From IMG/VR virus record IMGVR_UViG_3300025098_000044, positions 1 through 59,241 of that record: 59,241 nt of DNA. One strand, written 5' to 3'. Positions within the stretch are counted from its first letter, which is position 1. Every line of letters begins with the position of its first letter. This DNA comes from a virus (lineage: Duplodnaviria > Caudoviricetes). This document shows, one piece after another, positions 15,501 to 23,489 of this stretch. Position numbers and translations under genes: made by a program. Under the pieces are notes generated by a model that was not told the DNA's origin, made no database searches, and saw only the letters and a list, made by a program, of their open reading frames with translations.

Positions 15501-17994
15501 TTACTACGCACCTATGCTTGGATTTGCCGACAACGAAATGCATTTCAAAGAAGAAGAATCTTTAGCTCAACTTACAGGAATGGGAAGTGGTTCAGGATCG
15601 GGTGGATGGAATGCTAGCCCATCTAAAAAACCCGTAGGCCCGTATAGTCAAGGCCGTAGAGGTATAAGCAGGCCCGATCCAAGATCCGCACTCTCTCATT
15701 CATTTTTAAAACATGACGAAATTGTTATGCGTGGTGCTAAACAAGAGCCCGGCAAAAGAGTAAGAGAGTGGTACGAATTGTTTCTCGAAATGAAGCAAAA
15801 CGAAAAAGCTATTCGTGAGCAGAAGCCAGTCGAATGGTCCGAAAACTTTCAGGGTATTATAGAGAACTATAATATGAAAGGTATATTTACCAACCCTTCA
15901 AAAACATCCGTTATATTTAATCAGTTCGATTCAATATTTGAATCTGTGCAAGAGCATCCCGATGGTAAGATGCCCACACAAAATAGAATCGTAGTAGAGC
16001 CTGTCGAGAGGGGTGGTAAACGGTTCGTATCACTTAGGAGAAAGGATGTGAGTCTTAGGACGACGGACAAAGGAATGTTTTTCGTAAAGAAAGAAGGTGA
16101 ATTAGAATTTGTAAAATTCAGACAGGATATTGGCGGTGTAAAAGGAGCTAGAATTTTCAATGAGCTTACCAACAACCAAGTAAATAAACTTCTCGGAGTA
16201 GACTTACAGAATAATTTAGTTCTAAGAACTATTAATTGGGGTACTAGAATGTTGGCTCAAGCATACACATCTTATAACCCCGATTTCATACTTACCAACC
16301 TTGTTAGGGATATGACTACGGCTACCCTAAACTTAGGGGAAGATGATAAAAAACGGATTACTAAAGCCTATACAAAACAGTTTAAAAAATTTCCATCGTA
16401 TATAAATAAAATACGAAAAGCCGAAGCCGCTCTTGATGAAGGTACCCGTTCTTTAAAGTTTAAAAACATGTCCGCAGAAGAGGCTGTTAAAAACATAGCT
16501 GACGATGACATAGCTCAATGGTTCCAGTTCTTTGAAGCTCACGGCATGAGGACTTCTTTTACGAAGCAAGAAAAGCAAACCGAGATGATGTCGGCGTTGC
16601 AGGATGCGATAGGTGATAAGAAGTTTCCAAAAGTTGAAAAAGTAAAAAATATTATAAATAACAAAGGCGTTCGTGGTTTTGTGGATTTTGTTGAAAACGC
16701 CAATGTGGGTGTTGAAAATGTATCCCGTGTTGTTGTAGCAAAAGAAATGCTTAAAAGTGGTAAATTTACCTTACAACAATCCGTAATGGCTGGTAGAAAT
16801 ATATCGGTGGATTTTAACAAAAAGGGTACTTGGAGCTCTGGGATAGGTTCTTTAATGCTGTTCTTTAATGCCGGTGTTCAGGGTAATATCAGATTTGTTA
16901 AATCCGTATTTAGCCACGGTAGTGGTAGAGCACAAAAACTAGCCGTAAGTATTATAGGTGCATCCATACTCCATTCAATGCTTCAAAGAATGTTGTCCGC
17001 CGAGGAGGATGATGAGGAAAACAATCATTATAATAACTTAGGTAGTTACATAAGAAACAACAATTTAGTTATATTCACAGGAGATAAAAAGCACATAACA
17101 ATCCCTCTTCCTTGGGGGTATAATATATTCTGGTCTATCGGTCAGAGAATTGCCCACGCTATGGCGGGAGGTAATATTATCGACGAAGGTGCGGGGATTG
17201 TAAATGATGTGCATAACACTTTAAATCCTTTAGCTGGTGGTATAACCCCCGGTGTCTTTGCTCCAATATCCGCCGTAATAGATAACGAAACCTTTTATGG
17301 AGCTCCATTAACTAAACCTAAAAGAGATTTTGATGTAGAAAAGCCACCAGCTTTTAGAGAGGTAAAAGGAACAAAGCAGGCTTTTATCGACATCTCCCGA
17401 GCTATGAATTCCTTTTTCGGTGGGGACTCGGTAAAACCGGCCACATTAAAAGGTTTGTTTACCGATGAAATACCCGAAGGTGATTTTGACATTAATTTAG
17501 CAATGTCAGGAAGTGCATTGGAACATCTATTCGAAGGCTACACCGGTGGGCCTGGAGCGTTCTTAAGTAGAATACTTTCGGGTGCCGCTTCTCTGGTGGA
17601 TGACGAGCCTATAGATATGAATTGGAATGAGGTTCCCGTAACCCGCCGTTTCTTTAAGGGTGACTATTCCAACTTCGCCATATCAAAAAGATTCTATAAC
17701 TTGAGAGACCGAGTACTAAAAGCGGATACCTATGTTAGAAATCTAAAAAACGGGGTTAGAATCGACGAGGCTAAACAAGGTATGAAGAACAATAAAGAAC
17801 TTCTTAGTATAAAAGCATCACTCGACGGAGCCGAATCACGGAGAAAAGATCTTCAAAGAATGTTAGATAAACTAGAACAATCTAATATACCACCCGCTGA
17901 GAAGAAGTTAAAAAGAGAAAAGTTAGAAAAGCAACGGGTAGACGCTTGGAAGAAAGTTTTATATAAAGCTAAACAGCGGGGCATCGATGTATAA
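6517..17994 (+). CDS. Giant 3825-aa polyvalent/ejection protein: Gly-rich hydrophobic segment, zincin HELGH, ASCH-like domain, C-terminal LPD38-like region
   Basis: GATVGVGAGTGLAIG (~8155); GAY...VYVN...LLHELGH (9163-9177); WIKNGQRTATTR...GDIIEF...EGW (~11125-11380); FFNAGVQG...IPLPWGY...NETFYGAPL near the C-terminus. Confidence 0.75.
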   Translation: MGALDDLDLGKDQYQPEKEQDDLGFKNYQRPLRPQPLHGEIQRYEDPVPQELPQQQRQAYKDIQTFENDLKTLSDGVKRYKSISETKEQALNDFYSTKFSPYFDESYAEDFNVVGGETFKSSDFSTTKFDQVDKAFDAIGRDYADIEARVAEGDTKWFGDDTAFLRAQQKLKGKKRFELIKAKHDRMRKDYDHAFRAHENSVARKKGMTDAFTSLPLGMREAANKWKEENPGKNLSADSINKLLDSTKFEDPKYSPMGLLLNQDKVDPRTNLVMHKGNREEEQHQKLQGRRLAAVKKEGKAALARDIKTFDQETKLRDRGLMYSVLGRLANHSIYLSKAEKEALHIDKLKKDGFNQYKGVDIASAQEALGGEDRVIAAKAIENFGEAFTSLQEAEVNYAKNKESKGISKAKEIRDLAQLNYDEAVKSVTQLGFSKELLKRGRSKSYFGHLRDSATRGSLLDDASEFAFALDGWQEFGTDKASELISIMEQMESLEGSHAFKKFGMAESEGLLEAFGNLFSNFEAIPELITETIVGFGSSYFDAERLGATVGVGAGTGLAIGSAGFNPLTAGGGAATGALWGARINAGLASFVMEYVGEFLGELDKEGVDWRNPNVLVAAVNNPALMDKVREKARTKSGTVAFFDLVAAGIAGRTNRLVKKPSAMKKLPKGIKAFRQELDGAAHASWFRNLAAGGAELAVQGSLGGMGEGFGQLLTLDPGEEIDWDAIAAEIGIEMVGPGGIGLGINSISAKSRGLFGDFGMEDISGASETVINQGNTETEYGRLEQVDRAGWKHERRRFNTSEGFMQALQEVEGFDPNSASGWLISRIAGFAYGMEKRNLGLVISDRTPFRNSKTRGAYQDGVVYVNTKALKDGASTNLVLLHELGHFMQDMFFSDPASVENLYNSHHAGNDEVQTAENKLLSWAQYVLGKRVTDLSELSPSELKMAKDKFQNTPDNVIRAEWFTTQFGLALAQESGLASSDKLSKEIKVATKNFLKAIFEGQDEALGQFFPNADANVAGVEARMLMLEALGFNPRDLTHNREEQFSRSGPDAIDLDSQRSTFTVNIANIKNWSQQAKDLYARLLGFDNFKSLPNEYKNPRYGKTQEVMEKGGVTETTADVDLLDPSFQSKFDQGKATETQEGGTGLREALSPEKPESSTTRAAKDAAKVASKARVTDDELEELGMTRKAYEEQAAKNELNPGNTEYAKDLLERRGLAPPSKKEVQAEKTKKLEETAKEGKLTKGAEKVIADSEKSKDKVKPEAKPDPEAAEKVKKAKARRESASKTKIAIGKNPEELKDTPKKEESTEEGKPTPSGKFDEKFEEESLKKLDPLIEPAPKSEDQEANEKLLEEKAKAYKAKKAEEEVDAKTESEGSANDFELKARAKLEGLLSKNNADFTYEYKKASNALLKENKYPTASRIFFKMLSDIAGDETVLIDETPALQAAIKEVIGSPLIRPGKEAINKLITILESAVNEDFNHLANKELKVDGVLMPFGVHPLADVDYDRIEMGIPRLAMNFSTKNGAKRDDVKGETTMEWIKNGQRTATTRTEAQVRGVKQGDIIEFYDGKETVLVKVTHDPYRVNHETISEGMWSRYEGWHQDMYKQVINADKPRFQFRYRLLNKEETEAARKAPIKLELKEHIGQEGQYVNFRRRSQKAHQRDTSSSLYAYKIVKNRKRYNDESAFTLAAALQRLIGETQDISDYLYGVQSVAGEFIDKKDLEYDSSVIAEMAEVFESPLKDKNNPEGTTLKEKQDKIQSLNQKLTSFSIQLAKAASDWKESHDPKKPSEVAYLKRMEAALETLKKDYGGSKTEKEAKVRMAQIERSLKHIELAEQKFRRDTKKDPYEVELVPVNKEDAIENGINWLDLPVGSLLSRDKKKGLWNPFSLDNDLQTLFGGKVYKNRNGEVQSQYMTVLGAMVGKKKMKLSSGGKLAQEGSPNRESVMMTDYVSLSQENRLAALRRMFAKAKDGKQRVKLKKQIEELQKKQREADRVGSLNTKYPPKKNDNNAHMISWEDSLKIYNMIKQSFETTETPAGAAVAAAQTRLKDLMDKAFEDIDDQRGFHNTTLKSVSPLGALFKKIREQTEAIDTDLKPPAFGDDIGDYISAIISDQHESLGYEYKQKLYHDFVRRLYEGDAAQSKKSSEQLDRLKNSEPVFNMVEDDSKETELEDRNKYETTAKETVFLVDEKGRGYTRTRVIATPEQTDTIWEDEAAQTAMTTGQDPKDVGGTSEAKSWISKKVDRFAKYFPSLLKVSIEEAENTPKPRDGTKEDMWLHGLKPGNKKVGYDFVARIQEFIRTKSKSKVDLRDVTFLGTILEGKAFPELNIKAASLSRVKDMRPWQVHNLLPVVIANMVERNGLDNITSLPSKNTIGEITEGGLAGGWIFKSGILGVAVNHYGEVFKGTNRIDAGITAKDLLERSGKQFDDIVAKYQALINDPNADNVYGRKKAQSDLEKLYKMFGGPVNHSLGMFAEEIRNGEARERYQAMYFAQWITKRVAEMGGLESSFGAKVFEDAQNPDVLTESQERDASDKANDENDMTSARDLADAMSGLNEKSEAKTNVTTLADTVSDPAEKVMESEIKSGAWEDVYSVITMTNEQLVKDPRFMRLLKTGEVTPDMVRRMAELTFADSLNQLGTDAEVTAALDAIMEDNKKKYGKPTALGSDILLVSEMPALFSERFSAATRAALAGGWNKLPEEWKNQMEKMWYGIRVRIYNQHISLEELSTRLNKELKLGFGDTARDFFDVMGIILPSYAKVKIASRVFDAKYKKPILNILEEYGVSDKQFGEYVQALSAGVNNRHIRKLLSDERSKLKEDLKVAEESLKNEENKDYKSKKESDIKKLKEEIEHYDESNYNNANGEFAASGYSNAEAIVQIEKSLRDPQLKKALADKRNLMGLFQQMNASTIITAWQTGQITQEAMFKMLATKSRASSADKLVDTIFDMLALNPETGAPFNREDFKDDIEIIKKTWASKSWDQQRTEEGDAIPDGYYYAPMLGFADNEMHFKEEESLAQLTGMGSGSGSGGWNASPSKKPVGPYSQGRRGISRPDPRSALSHSFLKHDEIVMRGAKQEPGKRVREWYELFLEMKQNEKAIREQKPVEWSENFQGIIENYNMKGIFTNPSKTSVIFNQFDSIFESVQEHPDGKMPTQNRIVVEPVERGGKRFVSLRRKDVSLRTTDKGMFFVKKEGELEFVKFRQDIGGVKGARIFNELTNNQVNKLLGVDLQNNLVLRTINWGTRMLAQAYTSYNPDFILTNLVRDMTTATLNLGEDDKKRITKAYTKQFKKFPSYINKIRKAEAALDEGTRSLKFKNMSAEEAVKNIADDDIAQWFQFFEAHGMRTSFTKQEKQTEMMSALQDAIGDKKFPKVEKVKNIINNKGVRGFVDFVENANVGVENVSRVVVAKEMLKSGKFTLQQSVMAGRNISVDFNKKGTWSSGIGSLMLFFNAGVQGNIRFVKSVFSHGSGRAQKLAVSIIGASILHSMLQRMLSAEEDDEENNHYNNLGSYIRNNNLVIFTGDKKHITIPLPWGYNIFWSIGQRIAHAMAGGNIIDEGAGIVNDVHNTLNPLAGGITPGVFAPISAVIDNETFYGAPLTKPKRDFDVEKPPAFREVKGTKQAFIDISRAMNSFFGGDSVKPATLKGLFTDEIPEGDFDINLAMSGSALEHLFEGYTGGPGAFLSRILSGAASLVDDEPIDMNWNEVPVTRRFFKGDYSNFAISKRFYNLRDRVLKADTYVRNLKNGVRIDEAKQGMKNNKELLSIKASLDGAESRRKDLQRMLDKLEQSNIPPAEKKLKREKLEKQRVDAWKKVLYKAKQRGIDV

Positions 17995-18005
17995 TAATTT
18001 ATAAC

Positions 18006-20045
18006 ATGAAGAGTACAAATCTAATACTTAATCAAGAACAAGAAGAGAAACTCGTAGAGTATGCTTTAGATAGAGTAGAAAGCCTCGCGGCGGACAATAG
18101 GGAGCGCATACTTAGCGATCAGTTAGCTTGGAAAACTTATCAAAATGACAGAAGTGACCGCCAAGATTTAGATTCTATATATTCTCAGTCTAACACCCCC
18201 GTACCATTAACAAGTTTAGTCGTAGACCACTTTTTAGCTAGAGCCGAAGACGAAATAACCGGTACAAGCCCGTATTTTGAATTTAAACCTCAAGGGGTTT
18301 CAGATACACAAGCGGCCGAAGAGTTTAACAGATACTTCCATTGGAAGTTGGAAGATAAAGGCAGAATTCGTGAAAGATTAGAAGAGAGTTTTCTCCATAT
18401 CTTTTTACAAAGAGCAGCTATATTTAAATCAGTTTACGAGGAAAGAAAGTCAACTTGGTATGATATGGAGCGTAATGCATTGTTCGACAATGAAGAACAA
18501 TCTTTCGTACAGCTTTTAGACATTGGACCAGTAATCGAGGGAGAGACTGAAATGATCCCCGAGATGAACCCAGAGACCGGCGAAATGGAGACCCGTTTAG
18601 CTGACGATCCATCTTTTTCAGTTATCCCAGGTAAACACGAATTTAAAGCATTTCCCCAAGGTGTACCGACTCAACAGATAAAGTACAAAGGTCCCAGGTC
18701 GGTGGTCGTAGATACAGACAGGTTTTTAGCACCTAGTAGTGTAGAACATTTAGAATACGCCGATTTTATTGCCGAACTTTACGACAAAGACTTAAATTGG
18801 TGCCGTGAGATATTCTTGGAAAGAGAATGGTTTTCTTACGCTGATTATGCAGAGGCTGCTAAAAAAGACCCAAATCCAAGAACTAAATCACAAAAGAACG
18901 AGGAATCTAAAGACTCTAAAAAGTTCGATAAGGAAAAAATCCCAATGGTTCCTATTGTGGAATGTTGGATTAGTCGTGATGTTTTAGGTACAGGCGAGCC
19001 TCAAGATTTCTGCGTATTCATAGACACGGAAACTAAAAAAGCTATTTATTACGAGTACACCGCAAAACTGACACCCGACAACCGCCCCCCTTATGTAACG
19101 GTTGCTATTGGTAAAATGCAGAACCGTTGGTGGGGGCCGAGTTTACCTGAGAAAATTAGAGTGTATCAGGAGTACATCGACAAACAATTTAATTCCGAAA
19201 GCTATAGAAACGAGCTTGCGGCTAATCCTATTATAGGAGTAAACCCGCAAGCCGTAGAGGACGAACCCGAAGATGTAGAGCTACATGCGGGTAAGTTATT
19301 TCAACTCAAAGATCAGTATGGTATGGAAGACTTTTTGTCTTTCTCAGCTCTACCTAATATGGATCAGAAAACACAGGAGCTCATAGACTTCGTTTTCGGT
19401 ATGGTTCAGTTGTGGCTTGGAGTTTCCAACATGGCTCAAGGAGATTACCAAGCGTTGTCCCCAGCTAACACGGCAACGGGGGTAGAGGCAACTCTTCGTG
19501 AAGCGTCTAAGATTGGTAGGCGTTGGATGCGTAGAATTGTCCGTGGATTTGAAGAGCATTTAACCAAGCTCATAAAACTTTCTATGGCCACTATGGATGA
19601 GGCTGAGATCTATGAGTATATGGAAGGTGAGGTTTCAGCTTTTGCCGAAATGACTCCCGAAAAAATAGCGGACTTAGAAATGAACTGTAAGGTCATAATG
19701 TCGCAGGACCAAGGTCAACGGGCGATAGAGAAGGCTAACTTAGCTCTCCAAGTTCAAGAGAGGTATTTAGAACATCCTCCCGAAATTAGACCATTCAGCC
19801 GACCAATGTTTAAAAGGATTTTAGATGCCCTAGGGTTTGAAAATATAGATGAATTACTTCCCGAAGCAGCGCCACCGAGCCCAAAAGGCGAAGCCGAGAT
19901 TATGAAACTCATGGCCGACGCACAAGGCGGTGGAGGTGGTGGAGGTGAAGTGCCTCAGGCAAACAATCAAATTGACGCTCAAATACAGGGAATGGGTAAC
20001 AGCAACCCTCAGGGCGAAAACCAATATCAACAACAAACAGGATAA
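18006..20045 (+). CDS. Portal (head-tail connector) protein
   Basis: 679 aa, podoviral portal-like layout with WWGPSLPE, QG...TATGV motifs and Gln/Gly-rich tail. Confidence 0.85.
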   Translation: MKSTNLILNQEQEEKLVEYALDRVESLAADNRERILSDQLAWKTYQNDRSDRQDLDSIYSQSNTPVPLTSLVVDHFLARAEDEITGTSPYFEFKPQGVSDTQAAEEFNRYFHWKLEDKGRIRERLEESFLHIFLQRAAIFKSVYEERKSTWYDMERNALFDNEEQSFVQLLDIGPVIEGETEMIPEMNPETGEMETRLADDPSFSVIPGKHEFKAFPQGVPTQQIKYKGPRSVVVDTDRFLAPSSVEHLEYADFIAELYDKDLNWCREIFLEREWFSYADYAEAAKKDPNPRTKSQKNEESKDSKKFDKEKIPMVPIVECWISRDVLGTGEPQDFCVFIDTETKKAIYYEYTAKLTPDNRPPYVTVAIGKMQNRWWGPSLPEKIRVYQEYIDKQFNSESYRNELAANPIIGVNPQAVEDEPEDVELHAGKLFQLKDQYGMEDFLSFSALPNMDQKTQELIDFVFGMVQLWLGVSNMAQGDYQALSPANTATGVEATLREASKIGRRWMRRIVRGFEEHLTKLIKLSMATMDEAEIYEYMEGEVSAFAEMTPEKIADLEMNCKVIMSQDQGQRAIEKANLALQVQERYLEHPPEIRPFSRPMFKRILDALGFENIDELLPEAAPPSPKGEAEIMKLMADAQGGGGGGGEVPQANNQIDAQIQGMGNSNPQGENQYQQQTG

Positions 20046-20050
20046 CTATC

Positions 20051-20254
20051 ATGGCTAATAAATATACACACTCAAAAGCACCTAATGCTTTCAAGCAAAA
20101 TAGAATTAACAATCGTAAAAAAGGAGCTTCTCTAGAAGTAGTTAAGCGCCAACTTGGGGCTAACTTCGGAAGCTACATCCACCCATTGGGAAAAGGGTAT
20201 GCCGTACTTACCGGCGTTATTTCTAAGACCAATAGAGCTCAATCTGTAGCTTAA
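20051..20254 (+). CDS. Small basic hypothetical protein
   Basis: Follows portal; TAATG coupling to next gene. Confidence 0.65.
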   Translation: MANKYTHSKAPNAFKQNRINNRKKGASLEVVKRQLGANFGSYIHPLGKGYAVLTGVISKTNRAQSVA

Positions 20255-20535
20255 TGAGCGACATCGTTCTATTTGATAAACTTTCCGATGTTAAAAGGCT
20301 TACAACGGATGAGGCTTTTGGGCATCTTGAAAAACGGTTTCAGACCGAAAGAGGAAGATACCTCTCCAGGATGCTTGACCGCGAAACAAGTCCCGAGGAA
20401 ACAATTGCTCTCAAGGCCGTCGTTAACGCGTTGGAAAACTTATCGCCGATGGCTCTCGCGGAGACGGTCATCAAAATAGAATCGAAGAATCTTAAGAAAC
20501 ATAACCCCGAAATGTTTAAGGTTAAAAAAGCGTGA
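20254..20535 (+). CDS. Hypothetical helical protein (post-portal)
   Basis: Coupled to both neighbours. Confidence 0.7.
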   Translation: MSDIVLFDKLSDVKRLTTDEAFGHLEKRFQTERGRYLSRMLDRETSPEETIALKAVVNALENLSPMALAETVIKIESKNLKKHNPEMFKVKKA

Positions 20536-22331
20536 GTACTTATTACGAAGAGAAGGTGGTAGACCCACCAGTGGGTGATCCAATACCTTTTAAATTAAAC
20601 TACTCACCCAGAGCTTATGAGTTACCAGGTCAACCTATCTCGGTAGATAAATCGGGTACAGTTGCGGCTAGACAAGTCGGGGGTGGGGTTCCCCGCAAAC
20701 CTTTTAGGGTTACCGCTATAACCGAAGCCGCCAAACCAGCCACAGTAACCGCGGGAGCTTTACCTGAAAAACCATTTAGTATTTCTGTACTTACCAGTGT
20801 TGACGCTCCTGACTCCGTAACCGTAGTCGCCGCTCCTCGTAAACCAAATACAGTTTCAGTCCAAGCTGATCCTATTAAACCCGCAAGCGTAACTGCGGAT
20901 GCGATGCCTTTTGCCCCTACTTCCGTAGTTGCAGAATCAGATCCTAAAAAACCTATATCTGTAGATGCTGATTATATACCTCATGCACCCGCAAGTGTAA
21001 CTGCGGATGCGATACCTTTTGCCCCTACTTCCGTAGTTGCAGAATCAGATCCTAAAAAACCTATATCTGTAGATGCTGATTATATACCTCATGCACCGGC
21101 TATCGTTGAAGTAAACGCAATGCCTATTGCTCCTGTTGGCGTTGCAGCTTTTTCTGATCCCAAAAAACCTATATCTGTAGATGCTGATTATATACCTTAT
21201 GCTCCTTCATCCGTAGATGCCGATTACATCCCCTATGCACCGTCTGTTGTATCCGTTAATGCAGATCCTAAACAACCTTTAACAGTAGACGCCGATTACA
21301 TACCTTACGGCCCAGCATCAGTTTCAGCTGGCCAGGTACCAACCGTTCCTTCTTTAGTAGAAGCCGGCTTAATCCCCGAAGCTCCATCCACAGTTTCCGT
21401 ACTAGCAGCTCCTAGACAACCTAGCCTAGCCTATGCATTTGAGCCGTTTGTTGTAGAAATAATGGAAACAGAAGCTGAGATTAGGGCTAGACCTGCTAGT
21501 ACGCCCGAAGGAACTGTTGCATTTGGAACAGACACTAAGAAACTATATGTGTTCAATCAAACAGGAATGGATTCATGGGGTGCATTTGCAGAAGACGGTT
21601 TCTTTAGAACATCTGCATATGTTCCAATGAAATCCGCAAGATTTGAGGGACATCCAACTAATGATTACGGTATTGCGACTAATATAAATAGATTAAACGG
21701 TAACACATGGACTAAGGAATCCCCCACCACAATGTCAGGGTTTTTAAAGTTTACCGGGTGGGGAGGTGATCCGTCACCTTTTGGTACTAGTGGATTGCAT
21801 CCGGGTACTACATGGAACCCTGCAAGGGGCTCGTATTCTGATGGATTTCATGTAAACTCATCGGGGCGAGCTTATATGTGGTTTGGAGGTGGTCAACGAT
21901 GGATAACTAAAGACTCTGTTGCTCTTTATTTAGTGCAAAACACTTGGTATCACTTTGCATATACTCACGACGGTTCAACTTTAAGATGTTTTTTAAATGG
22001 AGATGAGGTATTCCCATCAACTCCAAACCAAACTTCTAGAAGGATAGCAATTCCTCAAATTTATGTATCAAAAGGTCGTTGGAATCAATCAATGTTTGGA
22101 ATGGTGGATCAAGTAGCATTTTGGGACAGTGTTTTAGATCAAACCACAATACAGAGTATCGCTAGTGGCGACAGAAACACCACCCTTACATACAATCCGT
22201 TAGCTTACTACTCTATGGATACCGAATCCAACGACACAGTCCCTGATACAAGCGGAAACTCTCAGCCTGACATGTACATGATACAAGACAATGCATCGGG
22301 TGCTGATCTTGTAGAAGAGGAGCCTAACTAG
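20532..22331 (+). CDS. Fibre/receptor-binding protein: ~22 x 12-aa P-x-x-P-x-x-V-x-A repeats plus C-terminal LamG/concanavalin-like domain
   Basis: Repeats in residues ~30-302; NTWYHFAYTHDGSTLRCFLNG...GMVDQVAFWD...PLAYYSMD is a LamG signature. Confidence 0.8.
   Translation: MSTYYEEKVVDPPVGDPIPFKLNYSPRAYELPGQPISVDKSGTVAARQVGGGVPRKPFRVTAITEAAKPATVTAGALPEKPFSISVLTSVDAPDSVTVVAAPRKPNTVSVQADPIKPASVTADAMPFAPTSVVAESDPKKPISVDADYIPHAPASVTADAIPFAPTSVVAESDPKKPISVDADYIPHAPAIVEVNAMPIAPVGVAAFSDPKKPISVDADYIPYAPSSVDADYIPYAPSVVSVNADPKQPLTVDADYIPYGPASVSAGQVPTVPSLVEAGLIPEAPSTVSVLAAPRQPSLAYAFEPFVVEIMETEAEIRARPASTPEGTVAFGTDTKKLYVFNQTGMDSWGAFAEDGFFRTSAYVPMKSARFEGHPTNDYGIATNINRLNGNTWTKESPTTMSGFLKFTGWGGDPSPFGTSGLHPGTTWNPARGSYSDGFHVNSSGRAYMWFGGGQRWITKDSVALYLVQNTWYHFAYTHDGSTLRCFLNGDEVFPSTPNQTSRRIAIPQIYVSKGRWNQSMFGMVDQVAFWDSVLDQTTIQSIASGDRNTTLTYNPLAYYSMDTESNDTVPDTSGNSQPDMYMIQDNASGADLVEEEPN
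20880..21097 (+). repeat. 108-bp (36-aa = 3 x 12-aa) near-perfect tandem duplication
   Basis: ccgcaagcgtaactgcggatgcgat... at 20881 and ccgcaagtgtaactgcggatgcgat... at 20989. Confidence 0.92.
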
Positions 22332-22353
22332 TCTTTAATTAAATAATTTTATC

Positions 22354-23442
22354 ATGAGCACAATATCATCAGTTTTATCAACAGCAAAACCTGTAGACCC
22401 CAACCCCGGATCTCTTTTCTATTTCACCGACACCAATCAGATTGGGATATATCAAGGTAACGGTACTTACTATATGTATAATCGAGACACTCTTGCATAC
22501 TCTTCAGGTGGTGAAGAACAATTAAACTATATTGACGGTTTATTTAGCGACTCTAGCTCAGATTATTATGTATCAACTACACCGAAATTTCATTATGATG
22601 CTGAATTTGTAAACGGTATTGAGCCAACCGCTCTAACAGAGGACTTTGACTTTGGGAGTGAATGGGCTTTTTACACATCCGGAAATAAGGGTTGGAGAAA
22701 CCGAGGGTCGTCTGATAGAGAAATAGCCTCGCCACATGTTTCAATTACTCCGCTTGGAAGGATGCAATGGGATAGTGAATTAAGAGCTGTTTACATAGCT
22801 AGTGGTAGTCTTATTTCGGGACCGGGTAATCCGGGGGATCCTGCAAACTCAAGCTATACTTTTAATGCAGATAAAAAGTGGACAATATTCATGGTCGCAA
22901 TTCCTGCCTCTTCAGGTAAGTTCATGGCGTTTGGTCACTCAAGTAATGGCGACTACTCACCTTTCGCTATTGCTCCGGGGGCAGGTCAAACCACTATGGG
23001 TGGTAAAAAAAATTGGGGCTTGGATGCAAACAATACTCAAGCATCAGATACGATAGTAGGAAATCGTTTGTCGCTTTATGTAGCACAGTGCGAAGGAATT
23101 AATGGATATGCTAATTGGTACACTCCTTCAAGCGAATCTGCTACAACTGATTCTGAAGGAAGGCTTAGACCGCATGTCACAATTACTGCAAATAATTATA
23201 CTACACAAACAAATATATTTGGAACCGGACAGGGTCTTTATGCTAATTCTAATAAGTGGTGTGAAATAATTGTATATGACGGAGATATTACTCAGGAAGA
23301 GATGGATGTAACTACTAGGTATTTGTACAATAAATACACTAACCGCATTCACTCAAATTTTGGGGCTACTAATAAAATTATTTATAACGACCCAACCACA
23401 TGGAAACTATTTAAGAAAAATGTGCACTACACCGCGACTTAA
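22354..23442 (+). CDS. Lectin-like (concanavalin A/LamG-type) virion protein
   Basis: FHYDA...W.N...EIIVYD..IT..E......YL..KY pattern; N-terminal PGSLFYFTDTNQIGIY resembles EGTVAFGTDTKKLYVF in 20532..22331. Confidence 0.65.
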   Translation: MSTISSVLSTAKPVDPNPGSLFYFTDTNQIGIYQGNGTYYMYNRDTLAYSSGGEEQLNYIDGLFSDSSSDYYVSTTPKFHYDAEFVNGIEPTALTEDFDFGSEWAFYTSGNKGWRNRGSSDREIASPHVSITPLGRMQWDSELRAVYIASGSLISGPGNPGDPANSSYTFNADKKWTIFMVAIPASSGKFMAFGHSSNGDYSPFAIAPGAGQTTMGGKKNWGLDANNTQASDTIVGNRLSLYVAQCEGINGYANWYTPSSESATTDSEGRLRPHVTITANNYTTQTNIFGTGQGLYANSNKWCEIIVYDGDITQEEMDVTTRYLYNKYTNRIHSNFGATNKIIYNDPTTWKLFKKNVHYTAT

Positions 23443-23444
23443 AA

Positions 23445-23482
23445 TACAACCACTAGAAATTTACCTTATTAACCCTTATTTT
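23445..23482 (+). promoter_or_regulatory. Late promoter (TACAACCACT ... TATTTT), leaderless start at 23490
   Basis: Motif 45 nt before ATG; -10 box at offset 32. Confidence 0.65.
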
Positions 23483-23489
23483 AAAAACT

